From NCBI RefSeq assembly GCF_963921235.1, contig NC_086097.1, forward strand, positions 229,588,001 through 229,652,000: a stretch of 64,000 nucleotides of DNA, written 5' to 3'. The translations under genes were made by a program, and so were the position numbers. The notes under the pieces are model-generated. The model did not search any database and was not told where the DNA came from. It saw only the letters and a program-made list of their open reading frames with translations. Origin of the DNA: Mobula hypostoma. Lineage: Eukaryota. Of the stretch, positions 25,713-38,501 are shown piece by piece; within the stretch, counting starts at the first letter, position 1; the number at the start of each line of letters is the position of its first letter.

Positions 25713-27179
25713 ATAAGTAGTGCAAAAATAGAAATAAAACAAGTAGTGAGGTAGTGTTCATTGGGTCAATGTCCATTCAGAAATCAGATGTCAGAGGGGA
25801 AGAAGCTGTTCCTGAATTGTTAAGAGTGTGACTTCAGGCTTCTGTACCTCCCTCCTGATGGAAGCAATGAAAACAAGGCATGATCTGGGTGAAGGGGGTC
25901 CTTAATGAAGGATGCCGTCTTTTTGAGACATCGCTTCATGAAGATATCCTGGATACTATGCAGGCCTGTGCTCATGATGTCACAAATAAATAAAGGGAAT
26001 CCCAGCTATTGGTCAATTAGTTTTTGTTCTTTAAGAATGGTCTCAAATAAGTGGCTGCTCCAATAAACCAAGGCCCACTTAACTGGAATCCACTGTATTT
26101 AAGATTCTTAGGGGGGCTACAACAGGAAAAATCATGAAAGGATGTTCACTTTATGGGAGAGTTCAGGTATTGTGTTAGAACAAGGGGTAAGAAGAGGGAT
26201 TTTTTTTCCTCTCAGAAACCTTTAGAGCCTTTGAAGCTCCTTGCCACAGGCAACTTGGGACAGAGCCACTGGATATATTTAATACTGAGATCAATAGATT
26301 TCTAATTATTGGCAGAATCAAGCATGAAGGGAAAGTGCCGGAAAGTGAACTTGACAAATGCTGAATCAGCAATGATACTATTGAGTTTCTTACTCCTGTG
26401 TAAATTAATTTGATTATACTGTATAGTTCAACATATCATCAAATAATGATTGTTTAATCTTGATCTAGTTTGTAATGCAAAAACTCATTTAAGTTGTGGA
26501 TACTGAGACGTTTGACTTCTCCCAAATATTTACACAGATATTTTTAATCACACATACACAAAGTTTTATATCTTTCTCAGTTCTCGTGAATGTCTTAATG
26601 TTGTCATGTTTGACCTGCCAAGGGAAACTAAATAGTTTAAGCCTGTATTCCTTGTTTATTTTATTACTAAGGAATGAGGTATGCCCTTATTGAAACTTAT
26701 AAAGCACAGTGAATTTTGGAATGTTTTTAAGAGTTAGATGGTCTTAAACAAGAAAACACAACTATAAGATAAGAGGCCTATCACTTAAGATGGAGGCATA
26801 CAGGAACTTTTCTCACAGAGTGCGGTGAACCTCTAGAATTCTTTACCTTGGCAGATGATGGAAACTGGATCATAAGTGCATAAAGTGGAGCTGGATAAAT
26901 ATTTGATAGATCAATAAATAGAGGGGCATTGGGAAATAACATACAAGAGGAGCTAAGGTCAGCTGATATCAGGCATAATTATATTAACTGGCAGGATAGG
27001 ACTGAGTGCCAAATAGCTGACTTCTTCTCCTATATTTTTGTGTTACTGTTTTGTGAAGGTGGGATGGGAGAGGGTGGATTTAGTGGGAAAGCTCACAGTT
27101 TTAAATTATGATGTTTTCATACTTTCATAACATCGCAGTTGGGAGCTTTTGTAGGATTTTTCATTTAAGGGCATCGGGT

Positions 27180-27625
27180 GTTTCCAAAACAGGTGGTGAT
27201 GCAGCCAGTCAATATACTCTCCACCACACATCTATAGAAGTTTATCAAAGTTTTAGGTGTCATACCGATTCTTCATACTTTCTAGGGAAGTAGAGACACT
27301 GCCGTGCTATCTTCATAATTGCACTTATGAGTGGTGCCAGGACAGGTTATTGGAAATAACACTGAGGAATTTAAAGTTGCTAATCCCCCGACGAAGACTG
27401 GCTCATGGCCCTCCAGTTCTCTCCTCCTAAAGCCAGTAATCACCTCCTTGGTTTTGCTGGCATTGAGTATGAGGTTGTTGTTGTGCAACCACAGCCAGAT
27501 TTTCAATCTCACTTCTATATGCTGATTCATCACCAGCTTTGATTCGGCCAGCCACAGTGGTGGCGTCAGTAAACTTAAATATGGCATTGGGGGTATGTTC
27601 AGCCGCACAGTCATAAGTGTAAAGA
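27180..27625 (-). mobile_element. Rex1/Babar-type RT fragment
   Basis: W...NNL.LN.SKTKE.I..FRR motif. Confidence 0.8.
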
Positions 27626-28159
27626 ATGTTTAGACAACTTGGGCAGGGTCAGAATGAAATCCCTGAAAGAGGATACCATGTTCAAGAACTCAAGAAAAGG
27701 ATCAGAAATATGCCACATGACCCCTCAGGCCTGCCTGCCATTCAGTGTGTTCACGGCTGAACTGCCAGTTTCAGAACTCAGAATTTCCCAATCTTTCAAA
27801 AATACAGACCCACTACTTTAAATACTCATAGTGATCGAGCCACCACAATCCTCTGGGACAGAGAATTCCAGATAGTCATCATCAGCTGCAATAAAAAAAT
27901 TTTAAAGCAAGTCACTTTTAAATTATCTTTCCCTTATCTTGAATGATGACCATTATTTGTGATTTTGCTAGCGTACCTTGTACTTCTACTGTCAACAATT
28001 TAAGGAGGTTGTTGACACAATGTCCTTCTTAACTGATTAGATAATAAGGAACAAATGCTTTTGGAATTATCACTTCTGCAATTTAAAAAGCAGAAATCTG
28101 ACAGATACTACTACTGAAGTGATGCCAGCAAGCTTCACGAAACTATTTTGCAGAAGTTA

Positions 28160-31100
28160 CCATAAGACCATTAGATATAGGAACAGAATAAAGCCACTTG
28201 GCTGATTGAGTCTGCTCTACCATTTCATCATGGCTGATCCAATTTTCCTCTCAGCCTCAGTCTCCTGCATTCTCCCTGTATCCCCTCATGCCCTGACCAA
28301 TCAAGAATCTATCAACCTCTGCTTTAAATATGCATACTTAAAGCACAGTTGCCTATGGCAAAGAATTCCACTGATTCACCATTCTCTGGCTGAAGTTATA
28401 AAAGGTTTCCCCTCTATTCTGAGGCAGGGTCCTCTGACGTTAGACTCTTCCAACATAGGAAACATCCTCTCCACATCCGCTCTATCAAGGCTTTTCACCG
28501 TTTGATAGGTTTCAATGAGGTCACTGCTCATTCTGCTGAATTCCAGTAAATACAGGCCCAGAGCCAACAAACACTCTTCATAGGACAAGCCATTCAATCC
28601 TGGAATCAATACAGAGATACCCACATGGTGTGTTGCCTCCCAGGTGCCAGGGTACGGGATGTCTCGGATCAGGTCCGGAATATTCTAAAGGGGGAGGTGA
28701 GCAGCCAGTTGTCTTGGTACATGTTGGTACCAATGACATAGATAGGATAAAGGAGGAGGTCCTGAAGAGATTTCTAGGAGTTAGGAAGGAAGCTGAGAAG
28801 CAGGACCTCAAGGGTAGTAATCTTGGGATTGCTACCTGTGCCACGTGCTAGCGAGGGCAAGAGTAGTCGGATCAGGCAGATGAATGCGTGGCTGAGAGAC
28901 CGGTGTAGGGGGCAGGGCTTCAGATTCTTGGATAATTGGGATCTCTTCTGGGGGAAGTATGACCTGTTCAAAAAGGACAGGTTACACCTGAACCCGAAGG
29001 GGACCAATATCCTGGCGGGAAAGTTTAATAGAGCTGTTAGGGAGGGTTTAAACTAATTTGGCAGGGGGATGGGAACCGGAATGATAGAGCGGAGGAAGGG
29101 GAAAACAGAAATAAATCTAAGATAGTGAGCAGTAAAGATGTCAGGAAAGACAGGCAGGTGATGGGGCAAATGTGTAGCCATTGGAATGAGTTGCAGTGCA
29201 ATAAAGTTGCAGTGAAATCAAAGCAAAAAGTATCAAATACTGGTCTTAAGGTGTTGTACTTAAATGCACGCAGCATAAGAAATAAGGTGGATGATCTTGT
29301 TGTACAGCTACAGATTGGCAGGTATGATATTGTGGCCATCACTGAGACCTGGCTAAAGGATGCATGTCTCTGGGAGCTGAACGTCCAAGGATACACGGTG
29401 TATCGGAAGGATAGGAAGGTAGGCAGAGGGGGAGGCGTGGCTTTATTGGTAAGAAATGATATTAAATCATTAGAAAGAGGTGATATGGGATCGGAAGGTG
29501 CAGAATCTTTATGGGTTGAGCTAAGGAATAGCAGGGGTAAAGGGACCCTGATGGCAGTTATTTATAGGCCTCCAAACAGCTGCAGAGATGTGGACTACAA
29601 ATTACAACTGGAAATAGAAAAGGCTTGTCAGAAGGGCAGTGTTATGATAATTGTGGCGGATTTAACATGCGAGTAGATTGGAAAAATCAGGTCGGCACTG
29701 GATCTCAAGAGAGAGAATTTGTAGAATGTCTGCGAGATGGCTTTTTAGAACAGCTTGTTGTTGAGCCCACTAGGGGATCGGCTGTACTGGATTGGGTATT
29801 GTGTAATGAACCGGAGGTGATTAGAGAGATTGAGGTGAAGGAACCCTTAGGAGGCAGTGATCATAACATGATTGAGTTCACTGTGAAATTAGAAAAAGAG
29901 AAGCCGAAATCTGATGTGTCGGTGTTTCAGTGGAGTAAAGGAAACTACAGTGGCATGAGAGAGGAACTGGCCAAAGTTGACTGGAAAGAGACACTGGCGG
30001 GAAAGATGGCAGAGCAGCGGTGGCTGGAGTTTATGCGAGAAATGAGGAATGTGCAAGACAGGTATATTCCAAAAAAGAAGAAATTTTCAAGTGGAAAAAG
30101 GATGCAACCGTGGTTGACAAGAGAAGTCAAAACCAAAGTTAAAGCTAAGGAGAGGGCATACAAGGAAGCAAAAATTAGTGGGAAGACAGAGGATTGGGAA
30201 GTCTTTAAAACCTTACAAAAGGAAACCAAGAAGGTCATTAAGAGAGAAAAGATTAACTATCAAAGGAAACTAGCAAATAATATCGAAGAGGATACTAAAA
30301 GCTTTTTCAAGTATATAAAGAGTAAAAGACAGGTGAGAGTAGATATAGGACCGATAGAAAATGATACTGGAGAAATTGTAATGGGAGATGAGGAGATGGC
30401 AGAGGAACTGAACAAATATTTTGCATCAGTCTTCAGTGAGGAAGACAGCAGGATACCGGACACTCAAGGGTGGCAGGGAAGAGAAGTGTGTGCAGTCACA
30501 ATTACGACAGAGAAAGTACTCAGGAAGCTGAATAGGCTAAAGGTCAATAAATCTCCTGGACCAGATGGAATGCACCCTCGTGTTCTGAAGGAAGTAGCTG
30601 TGGAGATTGCGGAGGCATTAGCGATGATCTTTCAAAAGTCGATAGATTCTGGCATGGTTCCGGAGGACTGGAAAATTGCAAATGTCACTCCGCTATTTAA
30701 GAAGGGGGCAAGGAAGCAAAAAGGAAATTATAGACCTGTTAGCTTGACGTCGGTGGTTGGGAAGTTGTTGGAGTCGATTGTCAAAGATGAGGTTACAGAG
30801 TACCTGGAGGCATATGACAAGATAGGCAGAACTCAGCATGGATTCCTTAAAGGAAAATCTTGCCTGACAGACCTATTACAATTTTTTGAGGAAATTACCA
30901 GTAGGCTAGACAAGGGAGATGCAGTGGATGTTGTACATTTGGATTTTCAGAAGGCCTTTGACAAGGTGCCACACGAGGCTGCTTAACAAGATAAGAGCCC
31001 ATGGAATTACAGGAAAGTTACATACGTGGATAGAGCGTTGGCTGATTGGCAGGAAACAGAGAGTGGGGAATAAAGGGATCCTATTCTGGTTGGCTGCCGG

Positions 31101-32370
31101 TTACCAGTGGTGTTCCACAGGGATCAGTGTTGGGGCTGCTTCTTTTTACATTGTACATCAACAATTTGGATTATGGAATAGAGGGCTTTGTGGCTAAGTT
31201 TGCTGACGATACGAAGATAGGTGGAGGGGCCAGTAGTGCTGAGGAAATGGAGAGTCCACAGAGAGACTTGGATAGATTGGAAGAATGGGCAGAGAAGTGG
31301 CAAATGAAGTACAATGTTGGAAAGTGTATCGTTATGCACTTTGGCAGAAAAAATAAACGGGCAGACTATTATTCAAATGGGGAAAGAATTCAAAGTTCTG
31401 AGATGCAACGGTTCTTGGGAGTCCTCGTACAGGATTCCCTTAAAGTTAACCTCCAGGTTGAGTCGGTAGTGAAGAAGGCGAATGCAATGTTGGCATTCAT
31501 TTCCAGAGGAATAGAGTATAGGAGCAGGGATGTGATGTTGAGGCTCTATAAGGTGCTGGTGAGACCTCACTTGGAGCACGGTGGGCAGTTTTGGTCTCCT
31601 TATTTAAGAAAGAATGTGCTGACGTTGGAGAGGGTACAGAGAAGATTCACTAGAATGATTCCGGGAATGAGAGGGTTAACATATGAGGAACGTTTGTCCG
31701 CTCTTGGACTGTATTCCTTGGAGTTTAGAAGAATGAGGGGAGACCTCATAGAAACATTTTGAATGTTAAGAGGCATGGACAGAGTGGATGTGGCAAAGTT
31801 GTTTCCCATGATGGGGGAGTCTAGTACGAGAGGGCATGACTTCAGGATTGAAGGGCGCCCTCTCAGAACAGAAATGCGAAAAAAATTTTTTAGTCAGAGG
31901 GTGGTGAATCTATGGAATTTGTTGCCACGGGCAGCAGTGGAGGCCAAGTCATTGGGTGGCTTTAAGGCAGAGATTGATAGGTATCTGAGTAGCCAGGGCA
32001 TCAAAGGTTACGGTGAGAAGGCGGGACAGTGGGACTAAATAGGATAAAATGGATCAGCTCATGATAAAATGGCGGAGCAGACTCGATGGGCTGAATGGCC
32101 GACTTCTGCTCCTTCGTCTTATGATCTTATGGTCTTATGGAATCATTTTCATGAACCTCCTTTGAATCCTCTCCAGTTCAGCACATCCTTTCTAAGATAA
32201 GGGGACCCAAGCTGCTCACAATACTCCAAGTGAGGCCTCACCAGCGCTTTATAAAGTCTCAATATTACATCCTTTTATATTCTAGTCCTCTTGAAATGAA
32301 TGCTTACATCACATTTACCTTCCTCATCAAGCTGCAAATTAATCTTCAGGGAATCCTGCACAAGGACACC
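28160..32370 (-). mobile_element. Older antisense CR1 3' fragment split by the CR1 at 28609-32137
   Basis: Sequence is continuous across the insert (cctggaatca|ttttcatgaacc). Confidence 0.8.
28609..32137 (+). mobile_element. CR1 LINE with ORF1 C-terminal half and near-complete ORF2
   Basis: HVGTND and D.LHLN.KG (ORF1 esterase), EN and RT motifs in ORFs 29125-32038; (tcttatgg)n tail; TSD TGGAATCA (28601-28608, 32138-32145). Confidence 0.95.
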
Positions 32371-32382
32371 CATAAGACATAG

Positions 32383-32848
32383 TCATAGTCATACTTTATT
32401 GATCCCAGGGGAAATTGGTTTTTGTTACAGTTGCACCATAAATAATAAATAGTAATAGAACCATAAATAGTTAAATAGTAATATGTAAATTATGCCAGTA
32501 AATTATGAAGTAAGTCCAGGACCAGCCTATTGGCTCAGGGTGTCTGACCCTCCAAGGGAGGAGTTGTAAAGTTTGATGGCCACAGGCAGGAATGACTTCC
32601 TATGACGCTCTGTGCTGCATCTTGGAGGAATGGGTCTCTGGCTGAATGTACTCCTGTGCCCACCCAGTACATTATGTAGTGGATGGGAGACATTGACCAA
32701 GATGGCATACAACTTAGACAGCATCCTCTTTTCAGACACCACCGTGAGAGAGTCCAGTTCCATCCCCACAACATCACTGGCCTTACGAATGAGTTTGTTG
32801 ATTCTGTTGATGTCTGCTACCCTCAGCCTGCTGTCCCAGCACATAATA
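32383..32848 (-). mobile_element. Rex1/Babar-type LINE 3' end inside a CR1 3' fragment (to ~33480)
   Basis: NKLIRKA..V.G..L....SHPLH...RHRKSFLPVAIKLYN; AATAAA and (GACTAT)n tail. Confidence 0.88.
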
Positions 32849-34289
32849 GACATTGTCATAGAAGCAAAATTAGGCCATTCAGCCCATCTAGTCTGCTGTG
32901 CCATTCCATCATAGCTGATTCGGGATCCCACTCAACACCATACACCTGCCTTCTTGCCATACCCTTTGATGTCCTGACCAATCAGGAAACAATCAACTTC
33001 CACCTTCATTATTCTCCAGCTAAAACATTTCCTTCTTACCTCTATTCTAAAAGGTCGCCCCTCAATTTTGAGGCTGTGCCCTCTAGTTATGGACACCTCT
33101 ACCACAGGAAACATCCTTTCCACATCCACCCTACCTGGTCCTTTCAACATTCGGTAGGTTTCAATGAGATTCCACCACATTCTTCTAAATTCCACTGAAT
33201 ACAGGCCCAAAGCTGCCAAACACTCCTCATATGGTAATCTCTTCATTCCCTGAATCATCCTCGTGAACCTCCTCTGGACTCTCCAATGACAACACATCCT
33301 TTCTAAGATATGGGGTCCAAAACTGTTGACAATACTCTAAGTGCAGCCTGACTAGTCTCTTTAAATGGTGAGCCTTTATGAGGGATTAAAGGGATTCAAG
33401 TCCCTTTGCACTTCAGTTTTTAGTATTTTCTCTTTATTTAGAAAATAGTCAACCCTTGCATTTCTTCTACCAAAGTGGAAAGTACATTTAGTGGAAAATA
33501 ATTCCATCTTTTACATCTAATTTTTAATTCTACTGAAAAAGCTAGTAAACTGCAATTGTCAATTTTCTTTACTTAACTTACAAACTAGGAACATGCTCTG
33601 ATCCAGGAATGAAAGGGTTAACACATGAAGAGCATTTGATGGCTCTGGGCCTGTACTGGCTAGAATTTATAAGTATGGGGGTTCCCATTGAAATCTACTG
33701 AATATTGAAAGGCTTAGATGGAGTGAACATGAAGAGGCAAGTCATTGGGTGTATTTAAAGCAGAAGTTGATAGGTCCTTGATTAGTAAGGGTATCAAAGG
33801 TTTCGGGAGAAGGCGGGGGAATAGAGTTGAGAGGAATAATAAATCAGCTGTGATGCAATGGCAGAACAGACTCAATGGGACGAAAGGCCTAATCCTGCCC
33901 CTGTGACTTATGGTGCTATGTAGCACCCCAACACACCTGCTCAGTTTTCAATGCATACTGATTTGAATGATCCCAGATGTGGGTTTATACATAAAAATAC
34001 AAGGAAGCTTCAATGCTGAAATTCTCTGCCCACGACCATAAAGATTAACAATTTATCTCCACGTCAGAGAATCTTATATTTTAATACTTAACTGTTCTAG
34101 TTCCATTTTCTTTTATCGCCTTTATGTCCATCTAGCTACCTAATCTATTCTTGAATGTCACCTTAGTTTTTTTGCTCCAGTCACTAACAATGAAATTGAA
34201 TGTCAACTCTTTCTCTTATCATTCTGCAAAAGATGCCATAGCATCTGTCATGCATACACTTAGAAAAGAAGGACACTTATATCAGAATG

Positions 34290-34451
34290 TAATCCCTTAC
34301 TCACTCTTCCTTCAGTTAGTTCTGACGAAGGGTCTCGGCCTGAAACGTCGACTGCACCTCTTCCTAGAGATGCTGCCTGGCCTGCTGCGTTCACCAGCAA
34401 CTTTTATGTGTGTTGCTTGAATTTCCAGCATCTGCAGAATTACTGTTGTTT
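34290..34451 (+). mobile_element. 162-bp Penelope-derived insert with 17-bp TSD
   Basis: ACACTTA(T/C)ATCAGAATG at 34273-34289 and 34452-34468; body matches the 3' end of the Penelope family at 5307 and 49260. Confidence 0.9.
34318..34353 (+). ncRNA. Minimal type I hammerhead ribozyme motif with intact core
   Basis: Stem I AGTT/GACT; CTGACGA; stem II AGG/CCT; GAAA; palindromic ACGT stem III; GUC cleavage triplet ending 34349. Confidence 0.8.
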
Positions 34452-37400
34452 ACACTTACATCAGAATGCCGTTTCATAGACATTGGTGAACAAACTTCTA
34501 CTTCTTGGTCTAAAAACACCACTGTGCAGTTGAGAGTTGTACTTCCTAACTAACAGTCCTCAGACAGTCAGAATGCATAACTGCTCCTCCCTTCCCATCA
34601 TTCTCAACATGGGTAACTCCCAGGGCTGTGTGCAGAGCCCATTGCTGTACATTCTGCTTGCACATGACTGCATGGCCAAGCATCTGAGTAATTACATTGT
34701 CAAGTTTGCCAATAACAACGACATGGTGGGGCTCATCACCAACGATGGCCTACAGAGTGGAGGTGGTAGAGCTTGGGGCCTGGTACCAGGCAAATAACCT
34801 CTTCCTCAATGTCAACAAGACAATAAAGATGGTTATCAACTTCAGGAGAACTCACACCACCCGCACCCCTCTTTACATTGGCAGCACAGCTGTGGAAAGT
34901 GCAAACAGTTTGAAACTCCTGGGACTGCACATCCTCTCGTGGTCCCAGAACATATCCCATACAATCAGGAAAGTTCGCCAATGCCTCTACTTTCTGAGGA
35001 GGCTGAAGAGAGCTGGACTATGCACGTCTATAGTCATGTCATTTTACAGATGCGCAGTAGAGACCATCCTTACATGCTGCATCATTGTATAATACAGAAA
35101 CTGCACTATGGCAGACAGGAGGGCTATTCAATGGGTAGTCAAAACTACCCAATACACCGGCACCAGCCTACCTGCCATCAAGGACGTATGTACAGAAAGG
35201 TGCTGGAAAAGAGCCAGTAACATCATGAAAGATCCTACCCACCCTGCTCATGGACTTTTCGTCTCATTCCCATCAGGGAGTAAGGTATGGAGCATCCACG
35301 CCACGACCACTAGACTCAAAAAGAGTTACTTTCCACAAGAAGTAAAGCTTCTGCCCACTAACCCACACCTCCACACCCCTCACCGGCACTACTTAATCAC
35401 TTCCAGTCAGCCACCTACTGTACAGTGCGTATATAAGCTTTCTGATTACATATTATGGTTTATTTGTGCTGCATTGGATCCAGAGTAACAATTATTTCAT
35501 CCTTCTTTACACTTGTGTACTGGAAATGACACAAAACAATCTTGAATCTTATTTCCCATATTACATCTTGAATATCTTAAACCTTGTTCCTGTAGCCCCC
35601 ACTCTGGACCATTCAGCTATTGAAAACACCAAGAATTTTATATTAAATTCTATACTACACAATTGCATTCCTTTACTAATACTAAGCAGCTAACTAATAG
35701 ATCAGTTATGCCCCAAGTAAATCTATTTTCTTCCTATAGTTTGAAGTGCAAAATTTAAAAAGTACTGCAAATTACAGTATGTTTCTTAAGCTCTTACTTA
35801 GTGTATTTAATATTTCAGTAATATGAGTATTGTAAATATATTGTTTGATTGAGCACTCTTTGTTCACCTGATTCATTTTAGATTATACGTAAGAAGTATG
35901 TCTTATATGTCATTACACTACCACGTCATATGTGAGCGGCATACCAAAGAAAAATAAATAAATAGGCGAATATCCCAGCTCCTGTGTTTTTCTTTTCATT
36001 AGTTACTAGAGTTACAAAACATAACAGTCAAGGAAGTTTTAAAACGAACCTGAGACAGCCACCTACCTATTGAAGTGCAACACACTTTTCTTTGGAAGGT
36101 GAGAGACATTTAAGTAAAAAAAAGGGCAGAAAATCTTTGAAATTAGCAAACAATGAGTACGGCTATGGGTTCATAAACAGTGATTGCCAGGTGATAATAA
36201 TAATACATTTTTTAAAGAGGCAGAAATGGCTGGCTACATCTGAAAGGCAGATGTATTTGATCGCACAATAGATAACTGGATGATTTATACTGAATGAATT
36301 GAGAATTATTTTGAAGCAAAGGAAATAACCAATGAAAAATGACTGCCAGTATTGCTGGGTGGAAAAGCATACAGTTTGGTTAGAAGTTTAACTGCCCGAA
36401 CGAAACCAGCCAAAATTACCTTTGCTGATGTTGTGAAAGTAATGCAGGAACATTTAGAAGTGAAATCATTGCTGAATGTAGAATGCTTTAGGTTGCATAA
36501 GCAGAATCAAAAAGAAGGGGTGTCCATTTCAGCTCACGTGGCTGAATTGAAGAGATTGCCTGAGCATTGTCAGTTTAATGTTGGTTTAATGATGCACTGA
36601 GAGATTGTTTAGCTTGTGAAATCTTAAAAGAAAGAACTCAAAAACTGAAGCACAACTTAGGTGTAAAAGTGCAGTTGAAATAGTAATGGAATGTATCAAC
36701 GGAAACCACAGACAAATGCAACTGAGTTGTAGTCAGGAATAAAAGTGAGTGTGAACAAACTTGCAACGTCTAAACAGAAACATGCTCGGCTGAACAAACT
36801 GTGTTACCGTTGTGGCAGGGTCAGAAAATGCAACCAAGTAGGACACATGCAAAGAGCATGCCGGACTGCACAGGGAAGAGAAAAAGCTATAAAGTTAAGT
36901 TGCAGTTTCAAAAAGAGCACTTATTTGCATGCTGTTGATGAAAATTTTGACAATGGTGAGTGTGACACAAGCCTTGAGATTTACTATGTGAAAACTAAAA
37001 AGAGACAAGCAATATAGCTTACACCAGAAGTGAACAGAAAATTAATTATGGAATTGGACGCTAGTGAGGCTGATTCAGTCATTCCACAAAATGAGTTTGA
37101 ACAGCATTTCAAAGATACTGAACTGAAGCCTAAAGATATTCAATTTAAAAACTTATACTGGAGAAAATTAAACTCCTGTGGGAATGACATTCGTAACAGT
37201 GAAACAGAAAAACCAACAAGCCACTCTGGGCTTGTATGTGGTAAAAACAGAAGAGCCAGCTTTGTGGGGTCATGTCTAGTTGAGACAAATACAATTTAAT
37301 CAGAGATCCATCCACCACTCACTTGCCACATCGCCTGCAAGAGTCAACTGAAAGCAAATTAAGAAAGGTACTGGATGATGCCACTGCAGTGTTCAAGGAT

Positions 37401-38173
37401 GGCACTGATTCACACATATCAAAGGTAAAATAGTGTTAAACGAAAATGCCACACCCAAGTTTTACAAAGCCTATCGGATTCCTTATTCCATCTGCAATAA
37501 AGTAGCCAATGAGCTAGATCTCATGGAGGCTGAAGGAATTCTTTCCAAGATTAAGTAGATCCCATGGGCAATGCCAGTGGTTCCAGGAGAAAGAAGGATG
37601 GGTCTATCAGGATCTGTGGTGATCAACCCAGTACTGAAAGTTGATCGATACCCTCTGCCCAGTTTGGAGGATATCTTTGTAAACCTTTCTGGAGGAAAAC
37701 ACTTCAGCAAAGTCGATTTAGCTGAGGCCTACCTACAGATAGAGATGGAAGAAGATTCTAAAGCATTTCTCACCATAAATGCTCACAAAGGGCTTTACTG
37801 CTATAATAGGCTTATTTTTAGAGTAGCATCTGCACCTGCACTTGAGCAGAAAGGTATGGGCCAGGTGCTGTAAGGCTGCCCAGGCACTCAGTGTTACCTG
37901 GATGACATCATTGTTACTGGTGAGGATGACAAGGGACATCTCCAAAATCTCACAACTGTGTTTAAAAAAATTAGAAGATTATGGGCTCAGAGCACGATGC
38001 GACAAGTGTGAACTTTTTAAACCAAGCTTCATTTACTGTGGTCACACCATTGATATACAAGATTTACACAAGCGTGCTGAGAAAATTCAAGCAGTGGTGG
38101 ATGCCCCAAGGCCAAAAGACTTGTCAGAGTTGTGATCTTTTTTAGGATTTGTCGATTACTGTTTCAGGTTCCT

Positions 38174-38501
38174 CCACAAAGGGGGCCACAACCTTGTTGT
38201 AGGGTTTGGAGGCTTGCGTGCCTCAATGACCCATAGAGCTATGTTGGCTGGAGTCATGGCCTTGTGCCAAACAGGTCAAAGGGTAGAGGTCAGACTAAGA
38301 GTGATCCACCGGTCCTCCAGGTTCAGGGACTCACTTCAGGGCTAGCAACCCTGATTGGTCAAAAAAATTGTTACAGAAACAGCAAAGAAGACTCCTTCTA
38401 TATCTGTGTGTAATGGTATGGCCAAGGACAGACAATAATAGAGGACCTTCATTGCTGCCCTAAACACAAGCGGTAAGAAATAGGCAGTAAGTAAGTAGTA
38501 A
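38174..38501 (+). mobile_element. Short non-autonomous RTE-derived (bipartite) element
   Basis: 5' part resembles Expander/Rex3-type RTE 5' UTR (recalled); (GTAA)n tail; TSD CAGGTTCCT (38165-38173, 38502-38510); second partial copy at ~55366-55504. Confidence 0.75.

Larger units (their letters stand above)
34220..35550 (+). mobile_element. Degenerate Rex1/Babar-type LINE
   Basis: QGCV.SPLLY, NNL.LNV.KT, LYFLRRLK and DPTHPAH motifs; (tcttgaa)n tail. Confidence 0.85.

Noticed and set aside
38181..38260. HDV/CPEB3-like ribozyme (starts GGGGGCCACA)
   Set aside because: No P1 3' strand follows the hairpin; it folds as a simple stem-loop.
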